From NCBI GenBank assembly GCA_028023455.1, contig JAQFVV010000007.1:6262001-6326000 (forward strand): a stretch of 64,000 bases of DNA. The letters run 5' to 3'. Below the pieces are notes generated by a model. That model was not told where the DNA came from. It searched no databases and was given only the letters and a program-made list of their open reading frames with translations. This DNA comes from Epiperipatus broadwayi. Its lineage: Eukaryota > Animalia > Onychophora. Shown in pieces: positions 14,001 through 26,468 of this stretch (its first letter is position 1; each line of letters starts with the position of its first letter). Made by a program: the position numbers and the translations under genes.

Positions 14001-15532
14001 TGGCATAAAGAGATAATCCAAATAACAGAAATACAGCAAGATGGGAGTAAAAAATATAATTTCTTTTAATAGTAAATTATACTAATGGTCAGGCCTAGCT
14101 TCATTAATAAAAATGTTAAAGACTATAGGCTATGGCCACCTTTCCAGACCATTAAATAACTCCTAAGTAACTGAAGGGAAATTAAATCCTCTACAGATAA
14201 TAAATTTATGTTATGTTTAAAATCAGAGTGTCATCCCAATACTGGGAAATTCATAGTAGGATATTCAACACCCTCAGTATTCTTAAAGCATACCACAACT
14301 AATTTTGAGTATAAACACTTATCTCATTAGCTATTATAATATTTAATTTTTTATTTAGATGGTCAGAATCTATAAGAAGAGCGACAAGAGGCTGATTAAT
14401 AAATAATAATAAAAAAAGTATTTATTATACACTAAGATTATTGAGATATACAATAAGGCATATACAAAATATTAAGACACTATTATATTAAGTTATATGT
14501 CATAAATAAACACTTAAATATTACCCTCCTTCTGGTGATCACACTTAAAACAAAAGTTTTATCAAAATCTCCACTTTAAAATCCCTTTTTGTTACGCTTA
14601 ACATTCCTTCGTTTGTTTGTTTTTGCATTATGGAGTTCATTCCTTTGAAACATTGTAGATCCATCCATGAAAATTTTAAATCATTAAGCTTTCAACTTCT
14701 TTAAGTGCTTATCTCCTTGGATCATATTTTTTCACTTCTCTAAAGACAAATATTCCAAGGCAGAGGATTTTCGTTTAACAATCACTTGTGAACATAAATT
14801 TTTACTGTAGGTTAAGCAGAACTCAGACCAAAGATAAATAATTAACCCAGGCTACATTGATCCAGGGTAAATGATGCACACTCCATGAAATTAACCACTT
14901 TGGGCCATAATAATCATTTTATATTTATTTTTGTTCATAACATGGCTGCAAATAAAAAAAAAACTTAAAAGCTTTTACTAGCAGCTAATGACAATTGTAA
15001 AACAAAAAACAGACTGGAAATGCTGGGAAGAACAGAGCTTTCAATAAAATTTTAAATCACATTTTAATTTAAACTGCCACTGATTACAAAGAAATAAATC
15101 GTATTGATCACTTTTCTAATTATTTTCCTTTAGTTAATTTTATTACCTAGAATAACAAAAAAAATATTTGTTACAACATAAATCTTTTATAAATTGATAT
15201 TCTAGCAAAACAAAATTTAAACATGCATTTTTTTTTTAAAATTAGATTTCAGTTCCTTTGAACTTTAATCTTAGAGATGATACAAGCAAATTTAAATTTG
15301 TAAACAAAAAAAAATTTTTTTCCTTTTTTTTAAAAAACTTATTATCTATTCTTTTTTTTTATATATATAGTTTTTTATTTACAATCCCTAAAGATAACTA
15401 ACATCTTGTAGTCAATTATCTTGCTTTGCAACTGATACAATACTTTTATATAACTTTTAGTATAAAAACTAAACATAAAATTATTTTAATACTATAACAT
15501 CACATGATCATTTCCTATGCTCTCAGATTCAA

Positions 15533-15660
15533 GGCTTCTCACTGCTGAAAGCCACAAATTAGAAATTAGTCTGGGGATATTGGATGTGTATGCACTAAAT
15601 AGGCTTTTATGCACAAACCTTCTTGCATCCATTGCTTAGTAAGGCTTATGCTGGGTGAAA
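15533..15660 (+). repeat. Dispersed repeat family T (decayed hammerhead-like head)
   Basis: gcttctcactgctgaaagcc...ttagtctggggatattggat...ttttatgcacaaaccttcttgcatccattg aligns with 17141-17250. Confidence 0.65.
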
Positions 15661-16922
15661 ATTGGAAAAGGTAACAAGGAAGAGTGGAGAAAGAGGAAAA
15701 GGAAAGAAGGAAAGAGAAGGGGAAAAAAAAGAAGGGAAGGAAAAGGAGAAAAAGAAAAAAATTAACATGTAATTAGTTCTTTTGTATAAAATGTATATAG
15801 ATTGAATGTTTTTTAATACAGGCCTTACTTAAAGTAAAAAAATAATTATTTTACTAGTTAATTTAAATGGGCAAAAATAAATTGCATGTTTCCAATTTAT
15901 AAAAATTAGATAAATTCATATAAAAATGATTATTCATATAAAAAAAATGCTAAATTCTACATAAAAGTTGGCCATATAATACAAGTTGATTTGGTACAAT
16001 TAAAAATAAATTTTTATAAAGAGTGCTGGAGTTTTTATATAATATGGCATATTAATATTAAATTTTAAAGTGTTTAAAAAGATTGATTTGTACAATAAAA
16101 ATTAAATTACTAGATTTTTATAGGCAACAATGTCTCAACATTCCAGACTCAGAGGAAAATATGAGAAAATTCTCTTTTGTAGTTTTTCAACCTAATGATC
16201 ATTCTATATGCTTGTTCTCAACCAATTAGTGTGCATGTATTCTTCAAATTAAATTATTTATTTACTTCTATTTTATTAGAAAATAATATTTGATAAAAGA
16301 CAAAATGAAAAGAATAGCAAATTATAATAGTAGTAATGCTGAAAAACAAACAATTTGTAAAATTATTAATTGGTTAAAGTTGAAGAATTTGAAAATCAAG
16401 TTGCTATTCATCAAAATGTCAACAATATTTAGATTGTAAGAACATTAACTGAAACTGAAAATGGTTGAAATAGATATTTTGTATGAATAACTTTTTGGTT
16501 TATTTTCAACATTATAAAAAAATCTTTTGCATGACTAAGTCATTTAGGTACAATTCATTTTTGTTTAAATTTTGAGGATTGAATCAACTTTTCCATTATG
16601 TATCAACTTTTTTTTTGTATACACAGCAATTTATTGCAACAAAGTATCTTTTATATTGTATGAAATAAAGGGTACTGCACTTTTAACATATAACATATTT
16701 AGTTTTCTATATATTTTCTATGTAGAGACTTTGGCTATGAATGTTAATACCTGAAGCAAGGTCACATGATTTTCTTATACTGCTTTATTAACAGTTTTCT
16801 TCATTCTACTATAGGGCCATCTATTGTAAGTTTAAACAATAGACACTAGATGACATAGTGTTATATCTTTATTGAACCACTAAGTATCATATGATCACCA
16901 TTCCCTCAGCTTACCCAAGCTG

Positions 16923-17293
16923 TTGAAACAGAGGCAAAATTCTCCATACAGTAGAACCATTCAAGTCACCAAAATGTATAAATATTGAACTGAGTTCAGA
17001 TCTATATGACTGTACAGGTGAATGAGCTTGAAAACATTGTTGTTATTTTGGACTTGTAGCTTTAGTTAAATAGGTAAAAGGTAGCTGCTGGAGAGTTGAA
17101 TTAGATCCTAAGATCTAGATGCAGTGCTGTCAAATGCAAAGCTTCTCACTGATGAAAGCTATAAACTAGTCTGAGATATTGGATAAGTAGTCACTAGATA
17201 GGGATTTTATGCATAAGCCTTCTTGCATCCATTGATTACTCTGGCTTGCACTGAGTGACACTACTGTATGGAGAGTTTTGCCTCTGTTTCAAT
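16923..17293 (+). mobile_element. Family T element with inverted 3' tail and decayed hammerhead-like motif
   Basis: The tail ctactgtatggagagttttgcctctgtttcaa (17261-17292) is inverted at 16923-16955. CUGAUGA AAGCU AUAAACU AGUCU GAGA UAUU lies at 17149-17180. Confidence 0.6.
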
Positions 17294-17916
17294 ATCTTTA
17301 TTGCCAAACTAGTTTTTTTTCTTTTATCAGTGAAAAGTAAAATCCCAAGCTGTAAATAAATCGAATTATGTTCAGCAGTCACCTTTTATTCATTTATATT
17401 ATTCAAGCCAACTCTGAAATTGGGGGAAAAATACACAAGGTATTGAATTAATTTGCATGCATAATCTATACATGTGACAATAGTTTGGGTGATGAGGAGA
17501 GTATTATAACCCTATACTATTTGATGTCTATTGATTACTCAAAATTAGAGCAAATAACTCTAGAACAGAAAACTGTTATTAGGAACATGAGTAGTCATAA
17601 GGTGTTGCTAAAGGTATTAATACTCATAGCTAGAGAGTAGAAAGGGTATAGGATTAACAAGTCCTTAAAATATAAAAAAATGATTTGGTATCAGATCTAT
17701 ACAAATATGCAAATGAAGTAGCTTACTTTCTAAATTTCACACTACTAATTTGAATACTAAAACAGGCAAAACTCACTATATGTATTGAATACTATAAAGG
17801 AATAAAAGATGGCTGCTAGGTGTATTAGCTCCAGCATTAATTCATCGAAAAAAGCAAAATTTAGATGAGTTTGGAGATGAAGAATATTATATTAACTAAT
17901 GTTCATTGATGATTAT

Positions 17917-17975
17917 TGGCTGTGAAGTGGTAGAGTATCAGATTCTGAAATGTAGGATCCTAGAATCAATTCCAT
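17917..17975 (+). mobile_element. tRNA-derived SINE head, degenerate
   Basis: A-box-like tggctgtgaagtggtagag and B-box-like agaatcaattcc at tRNA-like spacing, with no full cloverleaf. Confidence 0.4.
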
Positions 17976-18889
17976 TGTTGGCTCTTTCAGCAATCAAACT
18001 TTTTATGAACTCTTGAACAATAAAGCCATTTAAATATTTATTTTTATTTTACTGATGATTATTCAAGTTCATAGTAAATGGTTCCAAAATTAATTTGAAG
18101 TTTTCCTTTTTTATGGTGAACAAAATGGTAGCCTCAATGAGTTTTAGCAGCTATTGAAAGCACCCACACAGAATGTAATAGTTATCTAATTGTGTCCATG
18201 CCAACTACTAATCCCACAAATGTTCAAAGATTAATAAGTGATAATAAATTACAAATAGTCAGATAAGATGGTACAAATGTTATTACTTTATACCCGTCTC
18301 TGAAGCTATTAATATGCCATCATACTTAGTAAATAATAACTAATTTCTTCCACGAAAAAATGTACCTATACATTAAAAAAACAAAAATCAATGAAGAAAA
18401 TATCATTTAATTGAAAAGCAGAATCGAATCCTCAAAGACATCTCTAAAGCTGAATTTAAATACAATAATACCTATTCGATTAACTTATACAATAATTGAT
18501 GTTATCTTTCATCTATCATTTTATAATGCAAATAATGTTCATTTGGCAATTATGGAATGAAGGCAACTGAAGATGAATAGTAAAGAGATGAATAAGCTCG
18601 AGGCCGAAAAATTACAGAAAATTCTGGTGAAATGCTATTTATATAATGGGAAGAGTTAGATGCAGACTAAAAATACCTAATATTATATCATTGTAGCAAT
18701 AATAACAGATCACAATGGATTTTATTTTTTTTGCATAGTAACCAACATTATTCTACTTCAAGAGTAGTTGTACAATTTTTTTACAAATAAAAAAACAAAA
18801 AATAAATTACTCTAGAAATGACTGTCTATAACGATTAAAGTAGTATATATATAAATCATAAAAATTATTTTAAAATATGAATAAAAATA

Positions 18890-19276
18890 CTGTTTTTACG
18901 CTTTGGAATTATAATCTACGACAACTTAGACCCCCGTATTATAGCATTAGCCGTTAACCCGGGACAACTGCTTGTAAGCCAGTTATACCGACTTCTCGAC
19001 TACCAACGCTTGACAACTTAAAGAAAATTACTAAATTCAATGAAAACAACATAATCTCGAACCAGAATTGAATTTTAAAATTAAAAAATCAGGCGCTTTA
19101 TTTATTTTAGCTTCTTTAAATAATAATTTTATTGTACTGAAGATATTTTAAATTCAAATAGTGAGACGCCCTAATAACATATTATTTAAAATGAATCAAA
19201 TTGTATAATTACTCCCTGGAAACGAGAGTACAACATCTGCTTTGTCACCGTGCTTACATTAAAATATAATTTAGAA
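18890..19276. promoter_or_regulatory. CpG-retaining promoter / 5'UTR region of PSMB6
   Basis: Visibly higher CpG density than the CpG-poor flanks, immediately upstream of the PSMB6 ATG. Confidence 0.6.
19238..19248 (-). promoter_or_regulatory. Antioxidant response element (Nrf1/CncC-Maf site)
   Basis: GTGACAAAGCA is a perfect RTGAYnnnGCA match, 29 bp upstream of the ATG of a proteasome subunit. Confidence 0.6.
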
Positions 19277-19345
19277 ATGGCGCATTATAATATAGATGAA
19301 CTTTATGTCCTACCAGGTTGGCTTACTAAGGAACAGTCTACTGGG
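19277..19345 (+). CDS. PSMB6: Proteasome subunit beta type-6 (beta-1), exon 1 (propeptide)
   Basis: MAHYNIDELYVLPGWLTKEQSTG followed by the donor GTAAAT. Phase 0, ending at the Gly(-1) that precedes catalytic Thr1. Confidence 0.85.
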
Positions 19346-19687
19346 GTAAATATTATTAAATAATAATCAACTAATCATTGATATTTTAAAATTGTACGTT
19401 ACATTATTTTTATTTTTATAGTATATTAATATTTCATAATTTGGGTACTTTCATAAAATTTAACCCTTATTTTTAAATCGATTTTGGAAAATAACCGTAT
19501 GACTATTTAAGTTACGATTCATTTTCAACATAAATTCTATAATTGAAATATCATAAAGGTAATGGAGTCGATGTCTGTAACGTTAACTAAATCGAAAAGT
19601 ACAAAGAATGGTCGTTTTAATGACTTATATTTAAAATAATAAGTAAATTAATACACTATACAGGCTTAAACCTGCATAAATATGTGT

Positions 19688-19858
19688 AATGTATGCGGGA
19701 TTCGAACTCAGACTTTTACACGACCCTCAACTCTCCTTGTCATCTTATATTGCTGACTCACCTGATCACACACATGTCGAAAAAATAAATAACCAATATG
19801 AGATGGCAAGGAGAGTTGAGGATCGTGTGAAAGTCTGAGTTCGAATCCCGCATACATT
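19688..19858 (-). mobile_element. Family X element truncated at the hammerhead cleavage site, with 64-bp inverted tail
   Basis: Arms 19688-19751 and 19795-19858 are near-perfect inverted repeats and contain GTTCGAATCC. The spacer matches the family X body. Confidence 0.8.
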
Positions 19859-20699
19859 AAAATAATAAGCTATATTAATAATTTAATTAAAAATTGCAAT
19901 TATAGTAATTATTTAGTATTTTAACATTTTAATAAATGTTTAAATGTGTCGCATGTACATTTATACATGTGTTTACATGTACATGCATCAAAATATTTAT
20001 TTTAAACAAATCATATTTTATTTCTGTCATTAAAATACAAAGGCGCAAAGTTTATGTGAGAACTTGGAAGTTGGAAGGGGATGCAAGTGAGTTTGGGGTC
20101 AGAAAATTTTGAAGAAAAGTGTTTAAAGTTTTTACCAATTTAGTAAGAAGGGATTTTATTGAATACCATAAAATGTAATTATTAAAATGAACAAACAATA
20201 TTCATGGAACGTAAAGCTTGTAATATCTGTATATATATATTGGTAAAACCAGCCATCTCATTGAAAATGATAAAAAGAGCACAAGGTAATGATTAAATTG
20301 GAAAACCCAGGTATGTTTAAAGTTGCAGACCATGCATTTATCAATGCACATAATATTCAAGTGGGAAAAGGCAAGAATATTGAATAGAGAGGGGAGAAAG
20401 TAAAAAAGAAAATTTACATGACATTGGCAAATGACCTGTATATCAACCTTGAGTGATAATCCATAATGTTTGGAAATCATTCATTAACTTTGCCCTTAAA
20501 AAGAAAGAAGGATTCTCATAGATAAATATGTAAAATTTCTACAGCCTTTTAGTGAATAGCCTAATTGGTCAGAGTATTTTCTTAAATTCGGTATTCATAA
20601 ATTTAAAGAGTACCAGTTCAATTCTTATTTTCATACTATCAGGAACAACAGTTGAATGTATTTAAACATTTTAAATAAATTATGAAAAACATTTAACAA

Positions 20700-21400
20700 T
20701 TAAAATTATTTTTCATGTATAAAGTGTGATAAACAGAGTAGCTAAAATTCAAAAAACATTAATCACAAAAAACTTTGCCAAGTGCTTTCGGTACCATGTA
20801 CCAGAATCATGGCGACATATTGGAACTGAATGGTTAATATTCCAGTGCATGCTCAGTGGAACACTAATGTTATGCTGACTGATAATGTTTTTAGACTTTG
20901 CAATAAACCAATCCTCTTTCAACTTTCTCTTTCTATAGTTTGATTCATTGCAAACAGTATTAATATTTTGAGAATAAAACTCATGTTCACAACTACTTCC
21001 AGGATTTGAAAAAACAGAATTAACTTGTGAATCACTTTTAGATTTTTTATACTGATAAACATGCTGTTGCAATCGTGTTAATACATTAGCCTTCATTTCA
21101 TCGTAATAGATGACACTACAACCAATTTCTTTGCAGTCAATGGAATAAACCGCTTTATACCTATTCATTTTTTCCACACTATCTTTTGAATTATTTATTA
21201 GTCTCTTTAAACACAATGGTAATCGGAATTCTATATTATAATCTTTACCAATTATATTTTTAATTCCATACATATAGATGGCACATAAGCCAAAGAAAAC
21301 TTTTTGACTATTTTATTTTTACATCCATTTTATGTTTAAACTTCACTTTATTATAAAACAACCTCAATTGCCCGTATAATATAGTTTTCTTGTATTCCTC
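20700..21400 (-). mobile_element. Penelope-like element: inverted 5' duplicate of the GIY-YIG / pseudo-LTR end
   Basis: ORF 20749-21273 (VYSIDCKEIGCSVIYY...TRLQQH...KRKLKEDWFI) is an inverted homolog of 22350-23040. Confidence 0.9.
20775..20816 (-). ncRNA. Hammerhead-like motif with variant core (family W)
   Basis: GUCGCC AUGAUUCU GGUAC AUG GUACC GAAA GCAC UU GGCAA. Helix II is perfect and helix I is present, but the core deviates from CUGANGA. Confidence 0.45.
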
Positions 21401-21409
21401 GGCAAATTG

Positions 21410-23040
21410 TTAAGTTAAAGTTTGAAAAAGTGGAGAATTATAAGTTAAAAGTGTGTAAGGACAAGTTTGTTTTTAATGTTTTGCATCCATATGTTGGTAA
21501 AATATTTAGGAGAGATGAATATTTGAGGATTTATCCATCAGCTGCGATTGTTCCACATTTATTTGCAAATGTTAATGTTCATAAAGAGAATGCTCCATTA
21601 AGATTAATGATGGATTTTGGGGGTTGTTATTATCAGAAAGCATCACAATTGGAAAAAGAATTGGTAGGTTTCGGCAAATATACAATTAAATCTACATTTG
21701 AATTTGTTCAGATATTGGAGTCTGCCAAGGTGGTTAGCAATTTTTATATGGCCTCATTAGATGTATGTGGGTTATATAGATCGGTGGAACGTAATAAATC
21801 GATAAGTATAGTTAAAAAAACTTTTGTTTGTAAAGCCAAATTTATTATGGAAATGTTGGGATGGATTAATGGTGATATTACTGCAAGATATGGAAAGAAT
21901 TATTATCAAATGAAGAATGGTTGGCTGATGGGATTGGCAGAGTGGCATTGTGTGTAGTTTGTACATTTTGGAAATGGAAAAATATATTGTTGAGCCATTT
22001 ATGAGGAGTAATGATTTAGTGTATAGAAGATATGTGGATGATGTTTTTGTGTATGGATCAAAAGATGTGATAAAGCATATGTTAAATAAATTAAGTGAGA
22101 ATTCTGGTTTGTCATGGACTATTGAGTTTGAGTATGGTGGTGTAAATGTATATAGATGCTGTAATATGTTTGGGTATAAAATGCTTATTAAACCATTAAA
22201 TGTAAGGGGTTTTGTACACTCATCATCGAATGTTCCTTTGAATTATAAAATGGCTGGATTCAAGTGTTTTATGTATCACAATTTGCATCTTTGTAAATTT
22301 GAATCAGATAGAAAAAGGAATATTGAGAGATGTATTGATGACTTTATAGATGTGTGATACAAGAAAACTATATTACACAGGCAGTTGAGATTGTTTTATA
22401 GTAATGTGAAGTTTAAACATAAAATGGATGTAAAAATAAAATAGTCAAAAAATGGATTTCTTTGGCTTATGTGCCATCTATAAGTATAAAATTAAAAAAT
22501 ATAATTGGTAAAGATTATAATATAAGATTCCGATCACCTTTGTGTTTAAATAGAATAATAAATAATTCAAAGGATAGTGTGGAAGAAATGAATAAGTATG
22601 AAGTGATTTATTCCATTGCCTGCAAAGAAATTGGTTGTAATGCTATCTATTATGGTGAAACCAAGGCTAATGTACTAATGCGATTGCAACAGCATGTTTA
22701 TCAGTATAAAAAAATCTAAGTGATTCACAAGTTAATTCTGTTTTTTCAGATCATGAAAGTAGTTGTGGACATGAGTTTTATCTTCAAAATATCAGTACTG
22801 TGTACAATGAATTGAACGATTGAAAGAGGTTTGGTTTATTGTCAAGTCTAAAAACATTATCAATCAGCGTAAGTGAGTCACTGAGCATGCATTGGAATAT
22901 TATCTGTTCAGTTCCAATATGTCGCCCTGATTCTGGTATATGTTATGGAAAGTGCTTGGCAAATAATTTTTTTGTGATTAATGTTTTTTGAATTTTAGCT
23001 ACTCTGTTTATCACACTTCAAGTGAAGAATAATTTTCATT
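21410..23040 (+). mobile_element. Penelope-like retroelement (family W), RT plus GIY-YIG, 5'-truncated and decayed
   Basis: PHLFANVNVHKENAPLRL, MASLDVCGLY, YYQMKNGWLMG, YRRYVDDVF, HSSSNVP, then the GIY-YIG motif VIYSIACKEIGCNAIYYGET...RLQQH. Confidence 0.92.
22921..22962 (+). ncRNA. Hammerhead-like motif with variant core (family W), sister copy
   Basis: GUCGCC CUGAUUCU GGUAU AUG UUAUG GAAA GUGC UU GGCAA. Helix II is decayed. Confidence 0.4.
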
Positions 23041-24802
23041 ATCTGACAGAGTATTTGTATTATTTAACAGTTAAAACTATATATTGAAATAGTTGAATAT
23101 ATGATTACAAAAACCGAAGCATTTAATAAAAAGAATGTATATCATTATAAATAGTATTCTGTCCAATGGAGAGGTCCAAAGAGCAGTCATATCACAAGTT
23201 CATCCATTTTTCCAATCCATCATCTTCATTGCCCGTATTTTTAATTCCATATATCTCTTCCCATCTTTTATTTCATCCAGAAAGATTAATCTTTTCCATT
23301 CTTTCTTCTTATTTCCTTTCACCATTCCTCCCAAAACATCTTTCATTAAACTATTCTTTTTTTTTTTAATGCATCTTCATTTTTCATTAACTTTTTCCAA
23401 AACATCTTCATTTGTCATTTTTTTCATCCAACTAATACATTTGTTTCCGTGACTACATCTCAGAATCTTTCAGTCTGTTCTTAATTTTTTTTTACTTATT
23501 AGCCATGTTTCACAACTATATAATAGTATACTCTACACATTTTTTAATGAGTATTTTTCTTAATGCTCTCTTCACAGGTCCACACAATATTTTATTTTCT
23601 TAATATGCCTCTTTTGTCAATGCTATTCTTTTAACTTCATCTTTGCTCTTTCTATCTTCGCTCAATCAACTACCCAAATATTTAAATCCATTTACTTGTT
23701 GAACTATTTTATCATAAATTTCAACTTAGAATTTTTGTATTCCTCTCTATCCATATACACTGCTCTTCTCAACATTAATCTTCATTCTATATTCCATACA
23801 TCCTTTCTTCCAATTGATTCAACATATTCTGAAGATTCTTTTCATACTCAGCTGTAAGAATCATATCATCTGCAAATCTTATACATTTTATTATTCTATC
23901 TCCAATATTGACTCCTCCATATTTTAAATATTTATCTGTCTTCTAAATAAATATTAAAAATCACAGCAACATAAAGATTGTCTAACTTCCTTTTTTTATT
24001 CACTTTTTCATCAGTCTCATTATTCTCCAATCTGATTTTTATTCTTTGCCCATTATATATATTGCAAATCAATCTCTTTTTCCAAAATACTCCTTCATTT
24101 TTTTAAGATGATTATCAGTTTATTCCAGATTACTCTATCAAATGTTTTTTTACAAATCATGTACCAATTCCTTTTATCTTTTTCAATACATCTTCCTGCA
24201 ATTGTTCTTACAACATCAACAGTATCTCTCAAAGTCAAACTATTTTTTTTAATATAATATTCTACTTTCCCATAAATTCTTTGGTTGAAATCCCAATAAT
24301 ATTTTTTGACACGAGATAACAAATTGTTGTCCTGTACTCTTGACATCTAACAGCGTTCTTTTTAGCAATTCCTCAAGAAATCTTCAGTCCAATATATTAA
24401 ATTGCAATGTCCATCTATTATTTTCAAAGTAATTAAATCTATTTCTTTCAAAAATTATATAGATATTGTATCAAATTCGACAGTTTTACCATTTTTTTAT
24501 TTCTTTAATCGACTTTATTACTTCATCTATCAATATGTTTATCATCTATTTCAATATCTTCATTTTTAGTTGATAATTAATTGCATCAGTATCTTTTATA
24601 AATAAATATTGAGGATATTCTTTTCATCTTTTTAATATATCATTCCTATCAGTTAATTTCCATTTTTATCATCTAATTCTCTTGTTAACCATTTTTACCT
24701 CCCTCAAGTGACATTTCTAATTTCATCAAATATCACATCATATCGTTTTACCTGTCGAAGCACTTCTGTGTCTCCACCTTATTGTTCCAACTATTTTTCT
24801 TT

Positions 24803-25170
24803 TGTAAATATAGAGGATTTGAACTCAGACTTTCAAGCATATTCAACTATCCACACTATCTCATATCACTGATACACATCACACACACGTAGAAAAGATC
24901 AACAATCACCAATATACGTATTTCGTGCTGATCCAGCAGTCATCAGTTAGTCCAGATTATCATCTCTCACACATATATATAATCAGTGCTCAGTTTATAT
25001 TAAGATAGCAAATCTTCATACTTTAATGGACAGGCTTCAATCTACTCCAACTCTTCAGCCATTCATACCATTGAAAATCTGATGATGGAAAGCCCAAATG
25101 CCATACTGGAGATAAGTGTGGATAGTTGAAAGGTGTGTGAAAGTTTGAGTTCAAATCCACTATATTTACA
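24803..25170 (-). mobile_element. Family X element inserted in the LINE, with inverted 3' tail
   Basis: The tail 24803-24862 is inverted at 25109-25170. Upstream of the hammerhead lies a decayed FxIL...EAxxIK...L stretch resembling a GIY-YIG C-terminus, which suggests PLE origin. Confidence 0.8.
24901..24961 (-). ncRNA. Extended type I hammerhead ribozyme (family X), intact core
   Basis: GAUAAUC-UGGA-CUAA CUGAUGA CUGCUG GAU CAGCAC GAAA UACGUA UA^UUGG U GAUUGUU. Helix III is the palindrome AUACGUAU. There is a C.C mismatch at the base of helix II. Confidence 0.85.
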
Positions 25171-25879
25171 ATTAGGTTCCAGGTATATGAAGAGTGCCTG
25201 TATTTCAAATATTTTTCTTTTGCTAAATTTTTTTCTCCCCTTAGTTCATTATTAATTTTTCTATATTTTTTTTTGTCCTTTCTCAGAATTGACATGCTTC
25301 CATTTTCTTTGTATTTTTCATCTTTTCCAACACACCTTCATTTCTTTAATTGAATAGTTCCTATTTCATTTTTTTGCTGCTTTTAATATTTTTTCTTTAA
25401 TCCTACACTAACACATCAGAATTATTCATATATTCCTCATCTTTATTAATTCTCTTTATTATCTTTTCACATTAAACCAAATCTTTCCCCATTTGTCTCA
25501 CTTTATCTAAATCCCATCTTACATATCTTTTTTACTTTTTTTAAACTTAATTTTAATTTGGTCATAACCAAATTATGATCAGAGTTTATATCAGCACCAG
25601 GCAATACATGCAAATCCTTAATATTTTTATATCTATCTTGAATTAATATATAATCTATCTGATATTCTCTTATCACCTGGCGCTTTCTGTTTATACAGTT
25701 TTCTTGGATGATTTTTAAACCAAGTGGTTACATCTACAAACTTTCTCTCCTGGCATAATATATGGCATTAGTTAATAATATCGGAATTATAATAAAAAAG
25801 ATTTTGTTATATATATCTAACACTACACTTTAGTATTATTTCCGGATGCTCCAGTGTAATAAAAATATAATAGCTAAAT

Positions 25880-25921
25880 AGCTGACGTTTCAGTATAATA
25901 ACAAGTACTTTCTTCAGAGCT
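25880..25921 (-). ncRNA. Minimal type I hammerhead ribozyme (family Z)
   Basis: AGCU CUGAAGA A AGUAC UUGUUAUU AUACU GAAAC GUC^AGCU. Helix III is the ACGU palindrome typical of PLE minimal hammerheads. Confidence 0.8.
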
Positions 25922-26423
25922 TCTTTCTCAAATCGTAAGAATATGTGTGGTGAGATTTAAAATTGTTATTTTTTCCTCATTCCATGCCTTAAAGATAAAA
26001 TTCCTTTGGAGTCTCATGGTATATATGAAATTCCACATGGAGTTGTTTACATTCATACATTAGACAGACCACTCTTAGAATAAACATAAGAAAGGAAGAA
26101 CACATTTTGGTAGTTAGAGAAAAATTTAATTCATCAGTTATTTATTCATACATTAAATTAACAAACCATATCATCAATTTTAATAAAACACATATTCTGG
26201 CAAAAATTGAACAATATGATCAGAGACTGCTAAGGGAAGCCATAGATATTTTTAAAAGGCCTAAGAGCATAAATGAAAAATGTGAGTTAAAGAAAATTAA
26301 CAGTATTTGGAAAAAGCTATTTAAGGATAAAATATTTTTTGAAACTTCTCACCCAATAGAACTTAAAAATGGGGAGAAACGATTTTAAATCTCACCACAC
26401 CCATTCTTATGATTTGAGAAAGA

Positions 26424-26468
26424 AGCTCTGAGGAAGAAAGTACTTGTTATTGTACCGAAATGTCAGCT
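26424..26468 (+). ncRNA. Minimal hammerhead (family Z), degraded sister copy
   Basis: AGCU CUGAGGA AGAAA GUAC UUGUUAUU GUAC C GAAAU GUC AGCU. Confidence 0.6.

Larger units (their letters stand above)
23130..25800 (-). mobile_element. RTE-like LINE (APE C-terminus plus RT), degraded, interrupted at 24803-25170
   Basis: Minus-strand WKSPGD...NQIDYI...PGADINSDHNLV (APE), KKTFDRVIW, FADDMIL, NVEKSSV, FKYLGS (RT). Confidence 0.85.

Noticed and set aside
19800-19858. tRNA gene suggested by GTTCGAATCC
   Set aside because: No cloverleaf or acceptor stem; it is the tail of repeat family X.
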